A stretch of DNA of 64,000 nt from an uncultured Hormoscilla sp. (GTDB taxonomy: Bacteria > Cyanobacteriota > Cyanobacteriia > Cyanobacteriales > Desertifilaceae): the NCBI GenBank assembly GCA_963921275.4, contig OZ001293.3:736001-800000 (forward strand), written 5' to 3'. Below are positions 55,451 through 64,000 of the stretch, piece by piece. The position numbers and the translations under genes were made by a program. Within the stretch, counting starts at the first letter, position 1, and every line of letters begins with the position of its first letter. The notes under the pieces are model-generated. The model did no database searches. It saw nothing but the letters and a program-made list of their open reading frames with translations, and was not told the origin of the DNA.

Positions 55451-56615
55451 TTATGAATTTTGTGTTTCCATAATTTCACGATATAGCTCTTTCTGATTTT
55501 GTCTCAAGTCAGACAATATGGCACTGATTAGGGTAGCTTCCCGCAACTGTTCATCATCATTTTCACCATTATGCAACCCTACCACCTGCAATTATTCACT
55601 TTTAACACGGGAGCGCCGGAAGTTCCTTTGTCACTAGGAGCATTATAGAGAATGCGGTTTCGATCCGAGGCCAACTTGACAAAATATCCTTCAGAGCGCT
55701 GCTGTGGCTGCCCTTTTGGATGTTGAATCACTAGGAGCTTGGTTTGAACCGTGACAGGTTCGTCCTCCTCTAACTTCAAAAAGCCCCACTGCTTAAGCGG
55801 ACGATTCTTCCGATCCTGCAAGCGCAGTAGAGCATAGTTAGATCGGGATTATAATATTCAAGTGCATCTATTTTATATTCAACACCTTGACCGGGCAGTG
55901 CATTTTGAAAAATTAACAAGCCATTCGCAATTTGCTCTTGAAGATCGAGTTCGCTAATCGGATATTCCCGCCATTCTCTTGCTTCAATGACGTGCCAGCA
56001 AGTCAAAGCTAATTCAGGAGTTACCAACCATCCCGTGCCTCTAGGAACTTGCTTCCTGTCTCCATCGATAATTCTTGGCACGCTCACGCGAGCAACCGAA
56101 CGAGCGCAGGTTAGCAACTTTTCGTCTACCGCCAGGAAAAACATCGACTCGCCTTGGGGATTAGCTTCTCGCCCAGAAATTACAGCGGGTAACCCTTCGG
56201 GAAGAGTGTTGTCTGTTTTATTTGGTACTATGGAAAGTCTCGGTTTGCTATTAGGATTAACTGCTTGTCCCAAAGGTGCAGCAGATGAATCACTTGACAG
56301 AGCAGTGTCAAGTTCCTGGGCTAGATCCGCCAGGGTTCGATGACGACCATCTGCCGGATCTATTTGCTTGGCTAATAAGTCAACTAAAATAACTAGGGCA
56401 TTTTTCTTAGTGTCGTCACGAAATTTATCATTTAAGAAGCCGATCGCGTCTTCCACAAGTTCACTCGGACTGCCGGCTTGCCATCGATGTCGCCAAGGCC
56501 CAAGTAGAGCATGTCCCCTAAAGAAATTTCTTAATGTTTTAGCGTTTTCAAATTGGTCACAATCTAATAGGGCGTCATACAATCGAGTATAGAGTTCAGA
56601 CGTAATTCCAGCCAT
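55451..56615 (-). pseudogene. EAD-like domain + trypsin-like serine protease (two frameshifts)
   Basis: 'GTGWLV', 'LTCWHV', 'QHPKG', 'GTSGAPV', 'VVGLH'; frameshifts ~55840 and ~55595. Confidence 0.82.
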
Positions 56616-56689
56616 ATCCTTTTACGAAGTCATTCTGATAATATAGCTTTTTCAACCAAACTGGATCGTACTTTTGCAGTTCCCCTCGA

Positions 56690-57614
56690 TCGGTTTTTTA
56701 AGCTGTCGCAGTATGACAGGTCAGACGGCTCCGGGATCCTCAGACAGCAGCGCCTCTATATCTGCCAGCAGAGCTTCTAGTCTTGTACGCTTATCTAGGT
56801 CGTCCCAGACTTTGATCTGCTTAACTCTTTTGGAGATACTCTCCATCCGAGATTGCAGTTATTCTCGGTCTGCCGGGAGCTGTTGGGCTTTGATTTGCTC
56901 TCGAATTTCGCGCAGGGACAGAGATTTTCGATCGCCTCCTCCAGGAGTGCCTGTCGTGCTGACTCTACCTTGAGTTTAGCAATAGCTTTAGCCTTAGTAT
57001 ACTCGATGCGACCCTGGCGGAGAGCTTCTAGGATTTCCGGGGGAAGTTTCAGCAGGGGAAGCCTGGTGCGGATAAAGGTTTGCCAGTTCATCTTGCCCAG
57101 ACTGGCAAAGACTGCTTCCACCTTCTCACGATCGGGATTAGGGGAAACGTTTCCCCTAGCATCTGGGGCTGAAGCCGTAGAGTTGTCCGCTGGAGTATCG
57201 GTGCCTTGAGACCTGGATTCCTTTTCCAGGGAGTTCTTCATCCGATACAGCAGCAACTTGACCCGATCGACAGAGCAGTTGAGCTCGATCGCCAGCAGTT
57301 GCAGAATCCCCTCAGTCTCCTCTACTGAGTTCAAATCTTGCCGCTGCAAGTTCTCCACCGTACTGCATCGCTTCCGCATCAGTCATCTCCCTCAACATCA
57401 CTGGCACTTCGGTCAGTCCCACTGCCCGAGCAGCTTTATACCGGCGCTCCCCCGCCACAACCTCATACTTATCCCCCACAGGTCGCACCAGCAAGGGCTG
57501 CAAAATGCCGTTTGACTTGATACTGGCGATCAATTGCTCCATGGCTTCTTCATCAAAATAGCGCCGGGGTTGGCGAGCAGGAGGCAAAAGCTGGTCGAGC
57601 TCGATTGACTGCAC
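56690..57614 (-). pseudogene. parB: ParB-family partition protein, frameshifted
   Basis: 'QPRRYFD', 'GILQPLLVRP', 'AGERRYKA', 'ENLQRQDLN.VEE'. Confidence 0.85.
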
Positions 57615-57959
57615 GGCGTTGGATGGCTTGGAGCCATTTGACTTCTTCGCTCAGACCTTGGGGTTTGGGGGATGGACGCTGAGACTGCTGCTTTGAATCC
57701 ATTCGTAAATTTGTCAAACCTCCTACTATTCTAATGCTGTCCTTTTCTAGCAGGGGCGTATGTTTAACAAAAAATTACACGGTTGAGACTGATAAATACT
57801 CACCTCCCTCCACAACAATGCACGCCGGTCATAGTTAATGCCAAACTTAAGGGAAAGCTTTTCCGAATTTAGACAGAATTAATCACTTTAATGTTATGGA
57901 TTTATTTTACCCTAGTGTAAACCCGACCCAGAGCCTCTAGTATAATATCATTACCAGGC

Positions 57960-58258
57960 GGGTGTGCTCAAAACCCGTTGATCGTTCATGGGCCCTCCAG
58001 TCGTCGGATCCCCCCTGCGATGTCTCGCGAAGGCCGCGCCACATGCGCTGCGCGCACCGGGCTACTAGTCAGGAGCGATCGCACTACCCAAGAGACATCG
58101 CACCCCCCTTAAAAGATACTGTGGGCGAATTACCAGATCATGCGCTCAGAGCTCCCTGCTCCGCCTCGAAATGTTAAGAAATATGTGAGTAAGGCATAGA
58201 ATTGGCGTGGGGGGGTTTGGGGGGGATCCCTATGCAACAACTGCGCCTTCCACACCCC
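57960..58258. mobile_element. GGGTG-ended MITE related to 22511-22697
   Basis: GGGTGTGCTCAAAACCCGTTGAT...GGGATCCCTATGCAAC...CCACACCC; reverse-complement similarity to 22511-22697. Confidence 0.7.
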
Positions 58259-58973
58259 TTTTAACCCCAAGAGCGTCTAAACCCAGCCGCAGTAGGGCTA
58301 AAGGAGGGCGAGAGTCCCAATTGATCGCCAGCATAGTCTTACATTTTGGATGTGAGAGTAACCTCGGAGGTCAATACTTCGTAGGTTTTGGATATAGGTT
58401 GTCCGGAGCGAGGGGGGGGACAACCGCTCACAACTTATGCTCAATTGAGTTAACCCCCCCGTTCGCGCAGGCGTAGCCGTGGCGAAGCAGCAGCTAGCAA
58501 TCTCCCGGCTCGGGTGCTCCCGGCTCCCTGCTATCCCTTGAGGTATTGCCTCGGAGGTTACTTTTTTTTCAGTGCCAGCAAGCAGCACTAATAGGGCCAT
58601 TACGGACAAAGAAAAAAGAGCGTCCCAAAGTAGCCATCAACCTTGAAACCTATCGCCGGTCATAAAGCGAGCGGATTCTCAGAACAGACTGGCACCGAAG
58701 CTCAGGTCATCAATCACCGGCTGTACCCAAAAAAGATTGCCTCATCCAAAAATCAACCCCAAAAAAATCCCCAAGCCGCGTAACTCCCCCCAACTCCACC
58801 ACCCCATTTCAAGTCCCCACTAAGACCCCAGTAAGTTACCAGTAAGTTACCAGTAAGTCCTAAAATCCCGGATCCTGTACTAGATGCAACCGGAAAATAA
58901 ATCACATACTGAGATAGATAATTTTTCGACAAGCACCGGTCATCTCAACCCTGAAAAAACACATCCCCGGGTG

Positions 58974-59801
58974 ATTAGGGGTCTCCCTGGGAATAGCTTC
59001 GGAACCCTCCCGTTCGGAACCGGACTTGTGATTTTCACCACATCCGGCTACTGGGTAGTAGGGCCTTGTCATTGGTAGAATTACTAGGGATTACTCCCGT
59101 TGTTCCTTGTCTCATGCTATTTCACTCATCTACTGGTTTCTAGCCAGCCATCCATTCCTCATCATTATTGCTAATGAAGGGCTCATAACGTTTTTAGAGC
59201 TACTTTTACCCGAGACATCCTGCTATCACCGACCGACGTCTGCATATCCTAAGCATTCCCCGGCGTCTTCCGCATGCTCTTGTCCTGAAGGACTCGGCAT
59301 GCGGAAGACACCGCCTAGGCATTAGCTTCTTAGGCCATCTTTCCCACCTGCGGCATACGCTTCACATCTGACTGGTCCTTTCGGACAGCTCGCAAGGGGT
59401 TACTTCGTTCCCTGGTCTCCGGAGCGCGATACCTTTAGGTTCCTACTCTACCCCGGTAGCTTTTCGAGTACGATGTTAGTTACGAGCGACAACTAACACT
59501 AGCTACGTTGACTTTTGTCTCCGGTGTATACAGCCTTATTTCACCGGTTCTACATAACGAGGCTTACATAAGTTCGTTTATTCTAACCTTGGGTATCTAA
59601 CAAGCGCGGTGTCACCAGCTATGGCTGCCAGCTATCCTACATTTAAGTCCTCGCTGAGCACCAATGGTGATGTTACTCCACAGCACCTCACGCGGTTACC
59701 CCCGTACTTGGGGAGAGGGAATTTAACCCCATGAATACCAGAGTTCCTAGTTTCCTAGGCTAGCGTTCCGTATTACTACGTTAGGCTAGAACGAATCGCA
59801 A
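58974..59801 (-). mobile_element. ORF-less group II intron 4 (828 nt), UUGCG start, inserted in a MITE end
   Basis: 5' TTGCGATTCG; DV AGCCGGATGTGGTGAAAATCACAAGTCCGGTTC; 3' GACCCCTAAT; EBS1 CGCTCG (59483-59488) pairs with IBS1 TGAGCG; joined exons match the empty site at 10799-10821. Confidence 0.92.
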
Positions 59802-60172
59802 CGCTCACTTGTAGTTGATAGCCGGGTGCATCTTAGATGCATGTAAAATAGCCCGCCGGTAGGCTCACGCTCACCCGACCACGCAGGCGGTCGGGTGAGC
59901 GTGGTCGGGTGAGCGTATACGAAGTGCGCGTAGCGCTAGCCGAAGGGAGCCGAAGGGAGCCTACCGGCGGGCAATGTTGCGGAGTAGCCGGACCATGCAC
60001 GGGTGAGGGCTGTGTTTCCCCTTTTGTGCGTAAGGCGCGAGGTTTCTCCTATGCATGTGCGATTACGATGTCCCCCCAGAGGGGGGTGCGGTTAGCGCGA
60101 GGTATCTCCACCGGTTGTGCGATTAGCGCTCCCAGGAGATACCTCCCCCCAGAGGGGGGACATCGAGCTCCC

Positions 60173-61911
60173 CGGGTAGTCTTTAAGTTGCAAAAGCGAA
60201 TTTACAGAGCGGCAATGGAAGGCGTAATAAGCGAACGGTTCGCAGACTCCAAAGATTACTGGTAAAATCCCGGGCAGCCAAAAGTCTAGCGGTACGACAG
60301 GTTACACAAGACAACCAGGGAAGGAAAACTGCCGGTGTGGATGGTGTTAAAGCACTGACCCCAAAGCAGCGCTTAGAACTGGTAGGACAGATTGAAATCT
60401 CAAACAAGGCCAAGCCTACACGTCGTGTATGGATACCCAAGCCAGGGAGAGAGGAAAAACGTCCTTTAGGAATACCAACGATGTACGACCGTGCGACACA
60501 AGGACTCCTCAAGACTGCGCTAGAACCCGAATGGGAAGCGTACATGGAAGGGAACTCCTACGGGTTCAGACCGGGAAGGGGATGCCACGATGCAATCGAG
60601 GCAATATACAGTAGCATCAAACAAAAACCCAAGTGGGTACTGGATGCAGACATTGCAAAATGCTTCGATAAGATAAACCACAAGGCGCTACTAGAAAAAC
60701 TGAATACAATATCACCAATCCGTAAGCAAATACGGGCATGGTTAAAAGCCGGGGTGATGGACAAAGGGGAATGGCATGCAACTGAAGCGGGAACGCCCCA
60801 AGGGGGTGTCATATCACCGCTACTAGCCAACATAGCCTTACATGGGTTAGAGGAGGCAGTAATGAAGCTCGCCAAGCCAACAAAGAACGAAAGAAAAAAG
60901 CTGACAGTAGTCAGATATGCAGATGACTTTGTAGTCATGCACGAGAACAGAGTGATAGTGGAAAAAGCGCAGATAGTGGTCGCAGAGTGGCTAAAAGGAA
61001 TCGGGTTAGAACTGAAAGCCGAAAAAACAAAAATAGCTCATACGCTAAAGGGGGAAAACCCGGGGTTTGACTTTCTGGGTTTCAACATCAGGCAATATGA
61101 GGTGAGTAAATACAGGACCGGCAAGTCAACACACGGAACACCCCTAGGATTCAAAACCCTAATAAAACCCAGTAATAAGTCCATAGGGAAGCATAAAGAA
61201 CGGTTATCAGAAATGGTGGCCAGCCATAAAGCAGCACCACAAACAGCCTTGATAAGTGGGGTAAACCCGATAATACGGGGATGGTCAAACTACTACAGGG
61301 CGGTGGTGAGTAAGGAAACTTACAGCTACATGGACCACTACCTATGGACCATTCTCTGGCAGTGGGCAAAAAGGAGACATCCCAATAAATCCAGTCATTG
61401 GATAGCTCGTAAGTACTGGTCCCTAAGTGAGGACGGTAAATGGCGATTCCGATGCAAGATAGGAAAAGATGAGATAACGCTGCGCAAACACTCCGAAACT
61501 GAGATAATCAGGCACGTAAAAGTGAAAGGTACAGCCAGCCCATATGACGGGAACCTTACATATTGGAGCGCAAGACTAGGTAAAAGCCCCGAGTTGAGTA
61601 AGAGGGTAGCAACGCTACTCAAGAGACAAAAGGGGAAATGCCAACACTGTGGACTAACGTTTATGAACTGTGACAAATGGGAAGTTGACCATATCAAGCC
61701 CCTCTCATTAGTCTCATTAGGGGGTAAGGACCGGTACGACAACCTACAGTTACTACACAAGCATTGCCACGATATAAAGACTGCCAACGATGGTAGCAAA
61801 CGTAGCCGTACCTATGACAAGGGTGGCGTTGCTGAGGAGCCGGATGATGCGAAAGTATCAAGTCCGGTTCTGAAGACTAGCAGGAGTGGTGACACTCTTG
61901 CTTAGTTTAAT
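60173..61911 (+). mobile_element. ltrA: 5'-truncated group II intron with an RT/maturase/HNH ORF (60337-61905)
   Basis: 'RPLGIP', 'GTPQGGVISPLLAN', YADD, 'IIRGWSNYY', HNH; DV/DVI end AGTTTAAT at 61911; frameshift ~60224; DI-III absent. Confidence 0.9.
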
Positions 61912-64000
61912 TCCGACCCACCTAATGAAAGTGGTTTAATATGGTCAACTTCCCACTTGTCACTATTTGTGAACGTTAGTCCTAATTCTCGGCAGTTACC
62001 TTTCTGCATCTTCATGCGCTTCGCAACTCGTGTTCCCACATCTGGGCTCTTACCGAGTCTTGTACTCCAGTAAACGAGCTCACCGTTATATGGGCTTACA
62101 TCACCTTTTACTTTGACATGTCTTACTATCTCTACACTACTGTGCTTCAACAGCTCAACTTCCTTACTTTCATCTTTCGATCTGAACAGCCATTGACCAT
62201 CCTTGTCTATTGACCAGTCATTCTTGGCCATCCATTCTCCAGACTTATTCGGGTGTCGTCTTTTCGCCCATCTCCACAAAACCTTCCACAAGTAATCGTC
62301 CAGATCACTATACGTTTCCTTGCTCACTCCTGTTCTGAAGTAATTAGCCCATCCACGTATCAGAGGATTCAGCTTCATTATCAGCTCCTCCTGAGACTTT
62401 CTGTCATCTATCTCTTTCTGATGACTTTCCTTGTGCTAAAGAACGGATTTCTCACTCAGCTTGATTAGTGTTTTGAATCCTAGGATCTTCCCTTTACACC
62501 TTCCAGACTTGTTCTTGACTACCTGATATTGTCTCACATTGAATCCCAGGAAATCAAATCCCGCGTCTTCTGCGTGTAACCTATGAGCAATCCTAGTCTT
62601 CTCAGGCTTAAGTTCAAGTCCTATTCCTCTCAGCCATTCAGCTATAACCTTCTGCGCCTTCTCCACCACTTCCCGACTTTTATGTATGACTACAAAGTCA
62701 TGTATCTGACCACAGTCAACTCTGTCTTTTTTCGTTCAGGCACCAGAGTCATAACTTTTTCCTCTAGTCCATGCAGAGCAACGTTTGCCAGCAATGGTGA
62801 AATCACTCCTCCTTGTGGTGTACCTTCATTCGTTGCACACCAATTCCTCCCATCTATCACACCAGCAGTCAGCCAAGCGCGTATTTGTCTACGAAAGATA
62901 GATGAAGTATTCACTTTTGTCAACAGCGCTTCATGGCCTATCTTATCGAAGCATTTAGCTATGTCAGCATCAAGAACCCATTTAGCTTTCTTGTTGATCG
63001 CTGAGCATATTGCTTCGATTGCATCATGACATCCTCGACCTGACCTAAATCCATAGGAATTACCTTCTTTCCTTAGCTTCCCATTCTGGTTCTAATGCCT
63101 GTTTCAGTAATCCCTGTAGTGCGCGGTCGTACATCACCGGTATTCCCAATGGACGTAACTCTTTCCTACCTGGTTTAGGTATCCAAACCCTTCGAGTCGG
63201 CTTAACCTTCTTCCAAGTCTTAAGTTGTCCTACCAGTTCGAGACGCTCGTTAGGTTTCAGCTCTTTTATACCGTCTACCCCAGCCGTCTTCTTTCCCTGG
63301 TTATCTTGTGTTACTCGTCGTACCGCTAGACAGTTGGCAGACCAAGACTTCACTAATAGCCTCTGGAGTTTGCGAACTTTCCGCTTATTACCTTCCTGAG
63401 TCGCTCTGTAAATCCGCTTTTGCAAAAGACTAACCGCTCCAATTTTGGCCACGGTAGATCTTTCCATTCATACATCGGCTTTCCCGTGTTCATAACGTTT
63501 TCACTGCTACAAGTAGCTTCACATTTGACATCATTGTGAGGGCGTCAGCGTATCCATACCTATTACAGGTAGGCTTTTGCTTCTCCACGAAATCCTTCCC
63601 GGCTATGACCTGGCATATGTAACCAGATGTTGCGTCTTTGGTGACTACCAGATGTGATCGACCTCTAGATCTGGAGTACATAACCGGTTTACTTCGTTCC
63701 TACAGATGATTGATCATGACCTTAGATGGATTCTATGTACCGGGTTTATTGTCGGTGCTTGTTAGTCGGCCTACGATCCACTAACGACCTCTATCCTTTC
63801 CCTTTTGGGCCAGTGTTTCAGCCTTATTACACTGGTTGTGTGTGACGACACTGCAAATCTTCGCTTCATGCTCACCATAGTCACTTGCTCGAATGTATCC
63901 ATGAGTCCTATAACTTGCTGCGAACCTTGCCCCTAGATGACTTCGATGTGGTGTTTATCTTTCACTGCTTCCATCAGTTTCCCTCGGAAGTCCGACGGAT
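61912..64000 (-). mobile_element. Degraded RT-encoding group II intron (5' end beyond the window, 3' end cut by the + strand intron)
   Basis: RT pieces 61912-63467 with frameshifts; YADD broken ('VVRYMTL'); GGAACGAAGTAAAC near 63690. Confidence 0.85.

Noticed and set aside
31749..58860. Short local duplications (~31749-31808, ~32383-32435, ~58829-58858) and AGAAACC-GGTTTCT palindromes
   Set aside because: Two or three copies only; typical cyanobacterial intergenic repeats with no further structure.
57962..60265. Several short ORFs
   Set aside because: They lie in MITE, palindromic-repeat and intron sequence; only the last codons of 59909-60265 are real RT N-terminal sequence.
60337..61905. 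RT as a DGR or retron component
   Set aside because: It has maturase and HNH domains and is followed by DV/DVI, so it is a group II intron protein. No TR/VR pair with A-specific differences was seen.
1..64000. tRNA or rRNA genes
   Set aside because: No cloverleaf or rRNA signature was recognised by eye; tRNAscan-SE or Infernal would be needed to exclude them fully.

Overview
AT/GC-balanced DNA from a filamentous (Oscillatoriales-like) cyanobacterium. The evidence is abundant HIP1 (GCGATCGC), psbQ, gifA and cyanobacterial ftsH. Many nonsense/frameshift pseudogenes, IS elements and MITEs suggest genome decay. Housekeeping and surface genes (ftsH, M50 and M23 peptidases, thrC, psbQ, fmt, an RTX/type I secretion/glycosylation locus, rfbC/rfbD) are mixed with four accessory features. 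(1) A partly decayed pterin/folate cluster (12.4-22.1 kb). (2) A decayed minus-strand conflict operon (46.2-56.6 kb): trypsin, iSTAND, MoxR, vWA and a nucleoside-phosphorylase/SPFH-repeat effector. Its trypsin and iSTAND proteins share an N-terminal effector-associated-like domain that I cannot assign to a named family. (3) Four ORF-less group II introns that the ORF track misses (14447-15317, 47604-48530, 54221-55090, 58974-59801). Their EBS1/EBS2/EBS3 and gamma-gamma' positions covary with their own insertion sites and they have atypical termini. One sits in a MITE end that has an empty homolog at ~10816. Two RT-encoding intron remnants are nested at 60.2-64 kb. (4) A GGGTG-ended MITE family, one end variant of which abuts three unrelated 21-23-bp tandem arrays. 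No rRNA, tRNA or CRISPR array was seen. All alignments and pairings were done by eye.
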